Positions 36,521 through 50,330 of a DNA stretch of 64,000 nucleotides are shown here, piece by piece; within the stretch, counting starts at the first letter, position 1, and the number at the start of each line of letters is the position of its first letter. Below the pieces are notes generated by a model. That model was not told the DNA's origin and did no database searches. It saw only the letters and a program-made list of their open reading frames with translations. Source of the stretch: Lama glama (lineage: Eukaryota). The stretch is from contig CM052818.1 of NCBI GenBank assembly GCA_028534125.1, positions 26,104,001 to 26,168,000 on the forward strand, given 5' to 3'. Position numbers and translations under genes: made by a program.

Positions 36521-37862
36521 CCTCTCTCATGACACCTTTCCCTAGAAGCCTAAATTTCTGGGAACTAAGTGAACTCCAGTGACAAAGCAGCACCTTTTCC
36601 GTGTTCTGTGTGCTGGATCCCTTCCTCCTCTTTCTCTGGGAATAGACAACAAAGCCACCAGGAGCCCCGAGGCAGCCCTGGTCGTCCTTGCGCTGTGGTC
36701 AGATTTCTGGCCTCGCTGCTTTCCCATCAGACTTGTGCAAAAAGAACACTGTATCTGCCAGCTCAGTATAGCACATCTCTGGCTCTGTTTCCTCCCCACG
36801 GGAACCCAAGAGTCTGTCTGTGTGTGTTATCAGACTAGCTAAAGACTTACAGATGTCAGCACAGAAGACAAGAGCTTTGATGTGAGCTCCGCATCCAGGA
36901 AAGCCCTCACTGCTGCCCTGTTCTGGCTTGAGCTTCGCGTCTTTCGTCAAGTTCCACAAGACGCCTTGCTGCCTGCCAAGATCAAAGCAAATGAAGCAGG
37001 AGGCTCACAGGGTAAGTGCTCCTTCCCAGGACCTGCACTTGGACAGCAGCAAGAAGACGCTGATTATTCTACGGCTCTTAACCTTAACTTCCTTTGGGGG
37101 GAGGGTGCTGGGATTCTTGCTGGGTCTACACAGTCCATGGCTCCTCTGGAAGTAAAAGGCACCAACGGTGAGGTGAGTGCAGGTTACACATAAGGCTCAT
37201 CTCAAAGTGAACAATTACCTTTGATCAAGTTTGAAAGTGTGCTCACATTTGTCATTTTACGTCCTTCTGATGTGACCCTTCTGAGTTGGCACAACAGGAG
37301 AAGTGTCCCCAACAATGGGTACTTGGTTTGCTCCAGATCACACTGGAGCCACCCTAGGCTCCTGGTGTGGACAGACCGCAGGTGATGGGTGTTCCCAGGT
37401 GACACATCAGGGCTCCCTGTGATGAGCTCTCCGGGGGTCTCTACACAGGCACCTCTTTCTTTATCTTCAGGGTGGTCCATCAGCAAGGGTCCCCTGGGTG
37501 GGTGCCCAGCTAGGCTATTCCCTCCCTGCCTCTTCCTCTCTTTTTTCTGCTTGTCCTCTGTAATCCTCAGCCTGGGATTCCCTTCTGGTGGGCAAACCTC
37601 TCCGTGCTGTGGTTTTCAGAGCTAAAGAGTGTACGGACGTTTCATGAGCAGTTACTGTGTGTGGCTCCAGACACAGCCATGCACACTTGGACTGTGACCC
37701 TCCTGTAACACAGTTGGTGCCCTGAGGTGTATCTGAACATCATGGTGCTGTGGGTGGACAGATCTCAAGATGCTGCTGCCGCCTGCTGGTTAAACTAAAT
37801 CTAAACCAGTCGCTTAATTTTACAGTCTATCTTTCCACCCTCCTTTTTCTTCCAGGGGCTCA

Positions 37863-38290
37863 TTTTTTAAATTGAGGTAACATTGATTTTTAACATTAGC
37901 TAGGTTTCATGTATATATGACATTTCTGCTTCTGTATACCCTACCATGTGCTCATCATCAAAAATTTATTTCCCATCCATCAACATACAATGGATCCTTT
38001 CTACCCATTTTGCCCTCCTTTCCCCCTGTCCCTTTCCCTCCGGTAACCACTACTCTGTTCTCTCTTTGTGTTAGCCTTGGTTTGGTTTGTTCATTTATTT
38101 TGTTTTTGGTTGCTTGTTTGTTAGTTTTTTTTTAATATTCCACATGAGTGAAATCTCATGGTATTTGTCTTTCTCTGTCTTTTTTTCACTTTACGTAATA
38201 CCCTCAAGGTCCATCCATGTTGTCGTAAATAGCAAGATTTCATCTTTTTTATGGCTGCATAGCATTCCATTGTATGTATATTTTGCATCT
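37863..38290 (-). mobile_element. L1 (L1MA-like) 3' end
   Basis: 'ttttttaaattgaggtaacattg..ttccacatgagtgaaatctcatggtatttgtctttctctgtc..taataccctcaaggtccatccatgttgtc'. Confidence 0.85.
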
Positions 38291-38329
38291 TCGTAAATAA
38301 ATGGATATAAATGGATATTTATCTGTGGA

Positions 38330-39250
38330 TGGTCAGAGGTTCAGTTTTGGATGATACATTTTTACACACCACTTTTATTGTATATTAAGTTTTCTTGTGT
38401 ATTTGGATGAATTTATAACCTTTCTATTCTGTTTTACTGATCTGTTCATCTATTCATTCACAATGCTGCTTTAATTATCATAGATTTATAGTACATTTTT
38501 TCATATCTAGGAGGTATGTTTCCTTCTCCTTACTCAACTCTTTCAGAATTTCCACAAGGATGCTTGCTGTTTGTTTTTCCATTTGAATCTTAGAATACAA
38601 AAAGAATCTTATTGGTATTTTAATTGGAATGACACTGTATCTGTAGACCAACTAGAAGTCTTTGCTAACTTACGATGCTGTCTTCTTAGTCAAGATACAC
38701 TGTCTATTTGTTCAAACCCTTGGAATTCTTAGATTTCTGCTAACCTATCAGGCATGAGTCTTAGGTTTATTCCTAGATATTTGATTTTGTTTTGTGATGA
38801 TGGTAAAGGAGGCTTTACATTCTATTACATCTTCTAAGTAGCTGTTAATTGGTATTTGTGGTGACTATTGATTTCTACACATTACTCTTTAACTGTGCTA
38901 CCTCTGTAAATTCTCTTATTGTTGAAAATAGTTTTGAAGTTAATTCTCTCAGGTTTTTCATGCATATAAGTTTACCTACACAAATAATGATATTTATTAT
39001 ACCCTGTGAATACATTAATTTCAAATGTTATATTATAATTGACATGCCTTTTCTAATTAGAGCTAGTACTTCCAGACCAATATTAAATCATGACAGTGAT
39101 AATGTCATCCTTATCCTGTCCCTGACTTCAGTACAAATGCTTCTAAATTCTGTGTTGATGAGCATAATGTGCTCCTAAGTATCTTTTATCATGGTAAGAA
39201 AGTACCCCTTTATTTATGCTTTGCTAAGAATTTCTTTTTTTAATCAAGAA
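38330..39250 (-). mobile_element. Old L1 (L1ME-like) ORF2 fragment
   Basis: 'attggtattttaattggaat..taggtttattcctagatattt..agctagtacttccagaccaatattaaat'. Confidence 0.65.
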
Positions 39251-40939
39251 GGGAGGTAATCTTACCCTTTAAAATGTTTTATATATGTTATATGCTTTAT
39301 CATGAACATTTTAGTAGAATAGATATACATATACACACACATACACATAATTTTTAAATAAATAATTGTAAATATATTGGGAGATGCCAGTTTTTAAAAA
39401 CTGATTCAAGCATGCAATCAAAAAAGTTTGGAGGCCAACGGGTTGAGATTATACTAAAATCACTTATATTAAGATACTATCATTTACCAGATGATTTAAT
39501 CTTTCCTTTTTAATGCAGGAGGCACGTCCAGATCTTGAATGTTTTAAGGATCATCATTATAAATATTGGTAACCTTACTGGTTGATGAAAGACTGGTTAA
39601 CTGAGGATCAATCATTGGAAGACTTTAGCTCTCCTCTTAAAAAGTCTGATTTTTGTGGCCCTCTGAATGTCCACCTCTATGTCAGACAGTGAAGTGAAGC
39701 AGCAACACGCTGGGCTCCCCCAGGTCCCCCCGGGACTCCCAACTCCCCATCATGTAGACATCACAGTATGACAAAGGCAGAGATAGAGGCTGAGCCAGTG
39801 CGACCTGGCCCAGCCTCTCTGGATCATACCTTGCACAAGTAAAGTGTCCCGGCTGAGAGATGCTTTTTCTGGCAGATGCAGGGTGGGGACTACACACCTG
39901 TGGACAGACCAGTCAAAAGCAGGGAAGGAACCAGGCCTCATAGAGACCTGTTGCTTCAGCCCAGTGGGACTTCCCATTAGGGACCTGGCCAGAAAGAAGC
40001 CTTCCGGAGTAGATGTTTCTGAAAAGTAAAGAAACACCAGTATTCTTTGTAGTCATAAAAAGCGAAAAGAGAGCTGGAGGGATAAACATCTCAACCAACA
40101 AATTCTTTTTATGGGCTGTCTGGCTTTCTGCAAATTTTTACTGAACCAAGACATGTGTTCTTTTAAAATTAATACATGTAGGGCAAAAACTCAAAACAAT
40201 ATGCTGATTTATTCCATAAAGATACTTCCCAGGCCAACTGTGGTTTGTTTTACATTGTCAACAAGAGTAGGGGGTGGATGGGGAGGAATCTCGTAAAGTC
40301 TTAAGAGATGAAAAGTTTGGGTTCACACGAAATAACTGCTCTGAAACCTAGAGTAAGTTCAGTCTCTGTCTCTCCCTCTCTCTCTCTTCCTCTCTTGCAA
40401 ATTTAATTGATCTTTAAAAGCATTTATTGAGCACTGCGAGAACACAGAAGCAAGATAAGATGAGGTCTTTTAATTTATTTAGGGAATGAACACATGCACA
40501 TATGGAGTAGTTAACAATTCAAAGAAATATAGATAGAATTGAGGAACGATATAATTACCATTACCATGGACTATTGGGAGAGGTCAGGGAACTCAGAACT
40601 GGTTGTTGGGGCTGTATCAACAGGGGTTCCTATAAGCATAGACGAGCAAGGGAGGAAGAGAGACGGACACGTGACGTATCTCCCTTTCCCCAGCAATGTT
40701 CCAATGCCATAGGCTCAATCTACCTGCTCAGCTTCCGATGCAGGGATTCCTGAGGGTCTGTTTTGATGCTCTCACCCTGGGACAGGAGGGAAATCAGAGC
40801 TCCTGTCAGATTTTTTACGTACTGCCGGTGTTACAGCAAGAAAGAAAAAGTAACAACCTTCCAGCAACTGAGAAGGATGCTTTTGGCTGTGGGGTTATTG
40901 AATTTAGTGTCACTGGGTGAGTCAGGACGACTGAATTAA

Positions 40940-41220
40940 GGAAGAAGACACCCAATGAGCACATGAAATGACGTTCAAATCGTTAGTCAAGGAAGTGCAA
41001 ATTAAAACCACAATGAGAGGCCACCACACATCCTTCAGAATATCTACAATCAAAGACTGAGACTGACCGTGCCAAGTGTTGGTTGAGGATGTGGAAGAAC
41101 TGGAACTCAGACATTTCTGCTGGGAATGCAAAATGGTGCCACTGTCTGAGAAACGGCACAGCAGTTTCCAGTAAAGCTAAACTGTGCTACCAAGTGACGC
41201 AACAATCCCTCTTCCAGGTG
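40940..41220 (+). mobile_element. Old L1 ORF2 C-terminal fragment
   Basis: 'ggaagtgcaaattaaaaccacaatgaga..ccaagtgttggttgaggatgtggaagaactggaactc..gctgggaatgcaaaatggt'. Confidence 0.75.
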
Positions 41221-42714
41221 AAATGAAAACAAAGGGGTGGCTTCTGAAGGACATTAAATTCTAAACGGTTTAAGACTGTACGGCTCCGAATATAACTTCT
41301 TTCCTTATTGCTCAGGCCCCGGTGCTGGGCGTCAGGACACCTGGGTCTGGTCCTCATTCTCTCACTAACTAGGTGTGTGACCTCCAGCAAATCTCACCTT
41401 TGTTCCTTTCCTCAGTGATCAAAATGGCATCACTTTCTGAACCCATCTTAGCAAGTAAAAAGCTTTCATTAAAATACTAGGCATGATAACACTCAGAAAA
41501 ATTAGAAGTTTAATGTGAATATAAAGTAGGGGGTATTTTGCATTTAAAAGAAAACTTTTAAAATGCTATATGTGGTATCACTATATGTATATGTTGTAGG
41601 ACCAGATCTCTAAAGCAATAAAAATCATCAGTCTTTTTACTTCCCAATCTGTTAGCAAAGATCACAGGGGCTAAGTCTCCCCCAGGGGGACACTCACCTC
41701 TACCGGGTTGTCAGGGATGGGCCTCTGTGACTCCTTTAAATCATTCTAAGCGTCACACTAGGCTCCTGCAGGAGTTACTTTATTGCTAAAACAACACACT
41801 GAAAACTGAAGCCTAGAAATGGAATAAAATTAAAATTTAAAAAAAAAAAAAGAAAGCAGTTGGGTGACAGAAATGCCACAATGACGAAACAAACCTAGTA
41901 TGTGGTTTGTATTCCATTGAATGAAGGCAGTCACAACAACAAAAAATTACATAGAACGTACGCAGGTCTGTGTTGTTTTTAGGGGAATCAGAAAGCACCT
42001 TGAGTTTGTGCTCCAAGGGCCGGTCGTGGCATTACCTCAGGCTGGCTGTCTCCTGTCTGGGCTTCTCCATCTTCTGCCCTGCCTCCCCGGCCCTCTGCTC
42101 TCTCCTGCCCCCACCCCTTTCTCTGCTCTCTCCCTGTCTCATCATATCTGAGGGTAGAAATGACTCTGTTTTCTCTTTTGGGAACCGTAGGAACATGAGA
42201 AGTGTTTTTCTCTTTCCTGAGGTGATTGACTTAGCTTAATGCACGTTACTTGAGTACCTAGAGCTAGACAGGTCACACAAAGGTGAATGAACGGTGGCTG
42301 GTCCCTGCCTGGCCTTGCTGAAGATCTGACGGGTGGTTGGGCTAAAGGATCTCAAGGTGCCCTGCTATTCTGAGGAGGGAGCGAGCACATCAAGTCATGC
42401 ACATCAGGAAGGTTTCGTGGGAGAACTCCCCTCACTGGAGCCAGGCCTGGAGTGGGGAGGGAGATTTCCACAAGTGGACATGGGGGAGGGAAGGTGGCCC
42501 TAGAAGACGAAAAAAACCCCAAGCCAGATGGCAGAAGCATCTGAGGCAGGTTTGGAACACAGACCGTGCGTGGGGGACGTGGGGGCGGTGGGAGGCCCGC
42601 TGGAAGACAGACCGGGTGGGGCACGGGTATCCTGAGAGCCTCGCTGAGGACTTCGGCTTTTACGCTGTCAGCAGTTGGAAGAAGACGGCCAGATATTGGT
42701 ATTAGTCTGCTCTT

Positions 42715-42862
42715 TTTAAAAAAAAAAAAAAATTTCGTATCGTCTGTTTTGAGGGGAGGTAATTAGGTTTATCTATTTTAATGGAGACACTGGGGATTGA
42801 ACCCAGGACCTCATGTGTGCTAAGCACGAGCTCTACCACTGAGCTATACCCTCCTGCCGGAG
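42715..42862 (-). mobile_element. tRNA-Ala-derived SINE (camelid vic-1 type) with 13-bp TSD
   Basis: Minus strand reads GGAGGGTATAGCTCAGTGGTAGAGC..CTTAGCA..GAGGTCCTGGGTTCAATCCCCAG (A and B boxes, AGC anticodon), then an AT-rich tail. TTAGTCTGCTCTT is duplicated at 42702-42714 and 42863-42875. Confidence 0.85.
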
Positions 42863-44429
42863 TTAGTCTGCTCTTACTCAGGGGACCTCACCTGTATGGA
42901 TTCGTGCCCACCTCCTCCTGCTCCTGTCCCTGCCTGTCCTCCTCAGAGAAGCCCCAGCCCCCAACTAGGAAGGCTTGAGGAGCTGTGCAGGCTGAGGTCC
43001 CCTACACACCCTGGTGGATAGCTCACTTCTGAAGCCTACACTCTAGACCCTGAATTGCACTCCAAGGAGGATATGAATAAGGTGCTGCTTGGTCCCCTGC
43101 TCAGGGGCCACCACAGTCCAGGCTTCAAGGCTTCCGGGGACCTACTCGCAGCTGGGGTGCAACGGGGCTGGGAACCAGAGGTGCTAAGGCTGGGCAGAGC
43201 TGGACTAGCTGCTGCAGGAGTGGCCATCCTCTGTTCTCTCTCTAGACAATGATGTTAAAAAAAAATTAATGTCTTTTGACAAAGTGAACAAAGAGTATGT
43301 GGCAAAATATAGGAAAAAAGTATCCTGGAGGTATGCCTCAGAGTTAATGAAAATAATGATTTTTTAAAAAAATTTTGTAATATTTGTGACATTTGTCAGC
43401 TTTTAAAATTTTATAATCAGTTGCGATGTCTCTTTCATTCTAAGGAAAGTTAATTTCATACCTAATTTTGTATTTTTGTGTTCTTTTTCTCAATGATTCT
43501 CCAAACTGTATAAGCTTGAGACTCACAAACATGGATCAGACCTTGGCTGATCCCATATTAGCTCAATATATATGTGATTAATTACCATTGCTAAGTACCC
43601 CGACCTCCTAGGACTGAAGAACACTAAGGAAATAAAATGCATTTCAAACAAAGAGACAAAATAAATAACCGAATCAGTAGCTTGGCTGGAAAACTGCTAT
43701 CTTCATGACTGCGACCTTTAAAAAATAGGACAGTCTTAGGCTCCTGACGAATTTCACAGTCCACTGCAGCCGCCTGACTGGAGGGGGCTGTCCAAATAGT
43801 CTTTGGTAGAGGCACAGTTACACAGCATTAAAAATTTCCAATGCTATTTCCACCTGTAATTTTCAGCAGACTATTTCCCAATCAGGTTCCCCAATTTTAA
43901 ATCAGTTGCGATATGTAAATATCAAGTATTTAAGAAGGAGGAAAGAAATAATTTAATTCTTCATATGCAAACTTTATTGGCCAAAATTTAAGAATGTTCT
44001 ATAAAACCGAACAAAAATTTACCTCAGAGTTCTAACCAGAGTCCAATTAAGTAACTAACTTCATAGTGCAATTGTTCGACTTGCTTTATTTTATAGATGA
44101 ATATTACAGAAATGTTTAAAAAAGAAGTTCAATATGTTAGGGTTTGCTATGTACAAAATAACGGTTTATAGGTCTGGAAAGTGCTGCAGTTACAACTCCC
44201 CAAATCACGATTTCTGTCTTTCAAAATCCCAAACGTGGACAAGGTATATGAATCAATTGTTTTCAAGATATTGGTCAGCAGGAAAGAAAGGACACTGATC
44301 CCTGAGAGATGAGTAACAGACAAAGTCAAGCCCTACAACTGCCCAGATCACTGCCTGCAGAGTTTCCAGTCAGCGGTGCACAGAAGGGAAACCCTAAAGG
44401 AGTCCCACATCTCCTTTAGTTGAGGAGAC

Positions 44430-44960
44430 AAATTGATCAACACAATGCCAATCAAAATTCCAGCTAGATTTTTTTTTTTAGAAGTTGAAAAACTGGCTCT
44501 AAAATTCACATGGAAATGCAAAGAACTTAGAATAGCCAAAACAAGTTACAAACGAGGACCAAACTTGGAAGAATAACACTATCTGATTTTAGACAATATA
44601 AAACCACAGTAACCAATAGAGTGTGGTATTGGCGTTATTACTGTTAATAGATCAATGGAACAAAATAGAAAGTAGATAAATAGACCCATGCATAAATGGA
44701 AAACTGATTTTCGATAAAGGTGCAAAGGAAATTCAGTGGAGAAATAATCGTCTTTTCAGTAGATGGTGCTTGGAACAAGTGTATTTCCATACACAATAAA
44801 TGAACTTCAATCCATAACTCACATCATATGCAAATATTAAACTAGAATGGGTCACAGATTAAAGCGTAAAACGAAAAATCATAAAACTTTTAGGAGAAAA
44901 TCTTTATGACCTTGGGTTAGGCAAAATATTTAGATACAGCCCCAAAAAGAAGATACATGG
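44430..44960 (+). mobile_element. L1 ORF2 degenerate fragment
   Basis: 'ccaatcaaaattccagc..ctaaaattcacatggaaatgcaaagaacttagaatagccaaaac..atagatcaatggaacaaaatag..gaccttgggttaggcaaa'. Confidence 0.85.
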
Positions 44961-47536
44961 AAGACACTGTGAGGATTAAATGAACTAATACAGGCAAAGC
45001 ACTTAGAACGGGTAGAAACATGCATGTTACCATTCTCAGACCTCCTTCCCTCCCTCCTACACCCGCTGTCTATGCCAAACACATTGGACTCTACTTAGTT
45101 AAATGGAAGAGGCTCTGGACTCAAGAAGCAAAAGCCTTAAGAGTCCCAGACCTGGGACCTGGTCCCGGCTCAGCCACTCACCAGGTTTCTGAGCCCATTT
45201 GTGTTACTTATGCAGCAGAGCTTGAACTGTTTATGGGTAAAAAAAAAACGAGAAGGCTGGTCTAGCAGATTATCTCTATGATCCCATTCACCTGTTAACA
45301 CTGCTTTTTGTAATTCAAAAGTACGCAAAAATGACCAAATGAGAAGCTTTTTGGCAGCTTTTAGGCACAACAGAGATTTTCATGTTACGATGAAGGTTAT
45401 TCAGTATCTAGTAAGAAAGAAAACGTCGCAAATTATAAAGACATGACAACTCTTAAAATTTTAGTGGAACATTAAGTTGCTTCTTTAATGTTTTATGAGA
45501 AATTTTAACATGCACCTTATTATCTTCTGAAATCGAACATTTTCAAAAGTTCTGGATCGGAACTCCGCCTTTCCAAAGCTGTGCACGAAGTCTCTTGAAA
45601 GTTTAGGAGTTTGTGTACTTTGTGGAGGGTATGTCATGAGCTTGGCCTCAGTAACCCACCAGGAGAAATCGTTTCAGAAACACTCTGCAGCTATTCTGTC
45701 TTCTCCCAGGTCAGCAGGATGAGTGGTGAGTGAAGCAACTATCGAGAGGAAAGAGTTCACATGGTTCACTTTGTGTGAAATTCATTGGAGTAAGTGTAAT
45801 AATCTACACATAATGCTGCCATCCAAAAAAACCACTCAGCTTTTTAAAAGGGTTGAGGGGAGACTTAATGTGGAAACTGTCTTTAGTTGGCTTCATCACA
45901 CATAGATCCTTTGATTATATAACTTGATGAAGACTAGCTATGACTAGGCGTGACCCTGGAACAGAGCACACAGCAGGGCTTCGATGTTAATTTGAAGTGG
46001 ATATGGCATTACCATGATGAGGAGGGAAATTTCCCCCATTAACATTCTACTGAAAAATTTGTCAGATGTGTCAGAAATTCCCAGTATTTTAAAGATTCAA
46101 GTAACTTTTAGAAATGTTGCACTCCTACTGGGTCAAGTCCTTATCCAGAAGCTGATCACTCAAGCAAGACACCAACTTGCCCATTAAAGACATTTTGACT
46201 ATAGGGCCAAATAGGAATTTTGTCCAAACAGGTAAGATTGATTAGATGCTATGTTTCAATTACAATCCCAAGTCACGAAGAGCGTTCCTGATGTTTCTCA
46301 TAATTCTTAGCAGAAGTCTTTGTAGTGCTCTCTGCTGGAATGAGCTGCTCCTACAAAGCTTACAATGTGGTTGATTCTACTCATTTGCTGTTGCCAGAAT
46401 CACCGGTCCCAACTTGCACATTTGCTAGCTGTCTAGAGACAGCCAGAGGTAACAGCCTGGTGGACACCGTGTATCCATGAGGGTACCTGCAAAACTCGCA
46501 TCCTTTCCACTGGTAGTTTCAGTGTTAGATCAGCTGTCAGACTCTGGGCAAGAGTCAGTTGGATTGATTTAGGTATCCTGATGGGCCGTTATAAAAGAGG
46601 AGAGAGAAATTAGCTCAGTTTGCTTAACTGGTCAGGGCTTGAAATTTTGAGAGTATAAGTGTGTGTCCATGTTTTGGGGATAGCAAACAGGAAATTTAAG
46701 TTTTGACCTGATTTCCAGGATAAGGTTGGTTAGAGAGTAGTAGGGAATCTATAAATCACTGCTAGGTAAGTTCAATTAAAAAATCCTTTTATTTTAATTA
46801 CTAAAAATTGGGAAATACAATAAATCAAACACAACTCACGGAAATACGAACTACTACCAGTTTAGTGTATTTCCAATAGCTGCTTTTCTATGCACATTTT
46901 CATACAGTTGAGATCATATGCCTATACTGTTATGTCTTGCACTTGAACTTAAGATGCTCTGTGCATCTCCCTATGTCATTCTTGTAATTATTTTTAATGT
47001 CAAAATAATATACTATTGCAGTTATAGTCTAATATGGTTAACTGCTTTCTTATTGTTGGACATAGTGTTTTGCTGTCAGAAAAATAATGCTGTTATGAAT
47101 ATTTATGCATAAATAATTATATGCTTTTTCTCTTTAGGGTTATTTCTGTGAAATTAAATCACAAGATTAAAGACTTAATACATTTTAAAGACTAGATATT
47201 CCAAATATTTGTGTCAAAACGCCTCCCAGCAGCAGCATATGGGAATGTTCTACCTCGTGGCATTATTGCCAACATTGAATGTTTCTTGAAAGAAAAAAAA
47301 AATCTTTGCTAATTGGATGGTAAAACAGAATCTTACTGTAATTTTATTCATATTTCTCTGATTATTAGTTACAATATATTTCCTTTTTTATTTTTCCTCT
47401 TCTACCAACAACTTGTTTATGTCCTTTGCCCAGTTTTTCCATTTTTCAGCCATATTAAATTATTTTGTTTTGTGAAATCTCCATTGAAGCAATAAAGCAT
47501 TCACTAGGGTTCATCTTATTGGACTGATTTAAATAT

Positions 47537-47573
47537 TTTATTTAAAGAAATATTCTGAAGACTGTAGTTTATT
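47537..47573 (-). terminator. RMDN2: Candidate RMDN2 polyadenylation signals
   Basis: AATAAA on - at 47568-47573 and 47537-47542, about 265-300 nt past the stop codon. Confidence 0.5.
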
Positions 47574-47835
47574 GATAGGAAAAATGTAAAGCATACATGT
47601 TTAAAGATCATTTTGTAATGACATTACCAGAAATAAATTTCTCCAAATAACATGATTAGTTTTGTAGTGCTACTAATGTAATGCAGTCTGCAGAAATGTG
47701 GTTTTTTTTACCTTCAAATCTGAGCACATTGCCCTTACATCACACAAAAAAAGGCTAATTAAAAAACCCCACAACTTTGATTAGTTTAAATTTTAGTAGG
47801 CCACATCTGATTTGTTGAAGAGCAAGTTCTTTTAT

Positions 47836-47889
47836 TTACCTCTTCAAGGAAATGCTTATTTTGTTCACCTCTTTCTGTGCATCTTTATC
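47836..47889 (-). CDS. RMDN2: RMDN2 last coding exon (DKDAQKEVNKISISLKR*)
   Basis: Acceptor ttttctttatag|GAT, 17 codons plus TAA. Matches the recalled human C-terminus DKEAQKEMQKIMTSLKR, phase 0. Too short for the ORF track. Confidence 0.9.
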   Translation of the reverse strand, partial: DKDAQKEVNKISISLKR

Positions 47890-49289
47890 CTATAAAGAAA
47901 ATACAAATATACAATAAAATTTCACACATTCATCCCGATACTCCAGGTACTTTGAAACAGACTTATGCTGAATGAGGGGATACTTTCTGAAAGAATATTA
48001 CAAGGAAACTATGCATTTCTTCAGGCCAGGCATGATTCAGACCTCTGAGCATGTAAACGACGTTGAGCGCAATTTGCAGGCTTTCCCTCCAGCTGGTCTG
48101 GAGGGGCGGACCCAGGAAGGAGAGCATCTTCCACGTGCCAACACGGGACTTACTGGTGTGCTAATGGTAACACTGTTTTCCGCTGCATCTGTAACATGTG
48201 GAAGTCCTAGTCCTAGTAGCAGGATTTGAAGAAATCTGAGATTCTGCTGAAAGATCCAAACTACCTACTTTATCAGGTCATTTATTTTAAGATTTGAAAA
48301 TCATCTAATATGTTTTATAGGACTCCACACACATTGTTATTTCCTTGAAACTAGTGTGGAAGTTAGGAAGAGTGGAAATAAATTCAGATGGAGGGTACTC
48401 CTATGCATTTTTGTGTTTAACAAATGTTTACTAAGCACCTATCCAAAAGGACTGAAGGAATTTAACACATTTAAAATAAACAGATGAGGAAAACTGGACA
48501 AAGTAGTTGTTAGCTAGATTTTTTAAAAACTGGAAGCTCTTCAATAGTTTTAATCATAAACATTAATACACTGATTCTATTGCAGCGTTTGATCAACTAG
48601 GGGTCTACCTTCTATCAAATCAATATTTTTGAAGGCTGTGAGAAAATATGGTTAATGAATCTAGGACAATAGTAATGCTTTATTTACAAGAACATATAAA
48701 AAGCTGTAATTTCATGTTTATCTTTGTAACTCTGGGGATAACTCAGTCCCTGGTACCTAGAAGACCCTGAATAAATGCCTGTTAAATAAGTGGTTAGAAA
48801 CTGGAGCTCAGTGAAAATGTCCCATATCTAGGAATCAATTTCTTACAGATGAATGATATAGATGAGAGGATTATTTCAATTAGATGTCTAAAGAAATGAA
48901 TATGCTCAAACTACAATAAAAGATTTAAAATTGAGATCAGGGCTTAGCAATATTTGCACTCAGGCACCACAAAGAATTCCTCCAATCACCCCCCAATCCA
49001 ACTGCCAACACACATATCACCCCTCCCACTTTACCTCCTCCCCAGGGTTTCCACCCAAGTCTTTAATTGTTTGGTTTTTTTTTTTTTTATGAATAGAGGT
49101 CACTGGCAGGGCTTTTTAGTTAAAAAAATCCCAACTAAAACCACCACCTCCAATCATGCTTTCCTTTGGCACACTGTCCAAGACGTATGCCCCTCAGACC
49201 GTTAATCCTCTTTGGTGCTCACCCTAATTCCACCCTTCTATGCTTTCTCTTCCTTGACTTAATCACCCCCTCCCCTTTTTCTCAGGCAG

Positions 49290-50330
49290 AGCTCAACTAC
49301 TGTCAGGAGACTTTTAAATTATCTCCTCTCTCTAGTCTTGCTTGAATCCTTCCTTCTTTGCTGGCTCTTTCTCATTATTATTTAAATATGCTCCAGTATT
49401 TTTCATCTAAAATAAAACTGTTTCTTGACTCAAGCACTGCTTAACTTCTACCTTACATCTCTCCTCTCTTCCCCATCGAATTACTGGAGGGGTGTCTGCA
49501 GGTACAGACTGCATTCTCACCTCTGGTGCTCTGCTCTCTGTCTCCACCTCTACTGTTCTACTGAAATAGTCTGGGTGGAGAGCACCAATGACATGGGCAT
49601 CCTTAACTTCACCTACTCATTCCAGCCCGGACTTCCCTAGAGTGTCTGACAGAGTTTGACCACTTCCACCATCCCCTGGATTCTAAGGCCCTGTCATCTC
49701 TGGCCACTTCTTTCAATCTCATTTTTTAGGTTCCTCTTCCTCCCAGTACATCTGACTGAACAAAGTCTTTGTAAATACACTTAGAACTGCGTGTCTCAGG
49801 GGTGATCCTTCACCCCCTGCTTTTCAGGTACTACATCACATTTCTGGGTGATCTCTGCCATACTCGTGGCTTCAAACATCATTTATATGCCAAATACTCA
49901 ATCACTTAATGGATCTGAAAACCTCACACACATAAACTCAAAATGTCCAAAACTGAACTTGCCTTCTCTACCAAACCCGGTTCTCCAATCCTCCCTGTGT
50001 CCATCAAGAGTAACTCCATCTACCCTGGTCAGTTTCCCAAGCCAGAAACCAAGATGTCATTGTTGAGCCCTCCATCTCCTGGATGTTCAATCTCCAACTT
50101 CTGTAGAGAACACTACCCACAAATCTGTTGAATCTGTCCTGTCCTCTGCATTCCTTACTGCTGTCATCTTAGTCCAGGTCCTCATCTCATATCTGTATCA
50201 CTGCAGTAGTTACCTAAATGGTATTCTAACTTCCAGTTTTGTTCCCCTCCAGTCCAAGTCAGTCTCCACATGGTTGCTATTGTGTCCTTCTAAAACAATC
50301 TCTGTGTTACCTGTTGCTTAAGACACTCAA
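49290..50330 (+). mobile_element. L2 LINE remnant
   Basis: 'gtggcttcaaacatcatttatatgcc..aactcaaaatgtccaaaactgaact..cttagtccaggtcctcatctc..actgcagtagttacctaaatggt'. Confidence 0.75.

Noticed and set aside
42785..42855. tRNA-Ala gene
   Set aside because: It has imperfect stems, a SINE-type body and tail, and a TSD, so it is a SINE.
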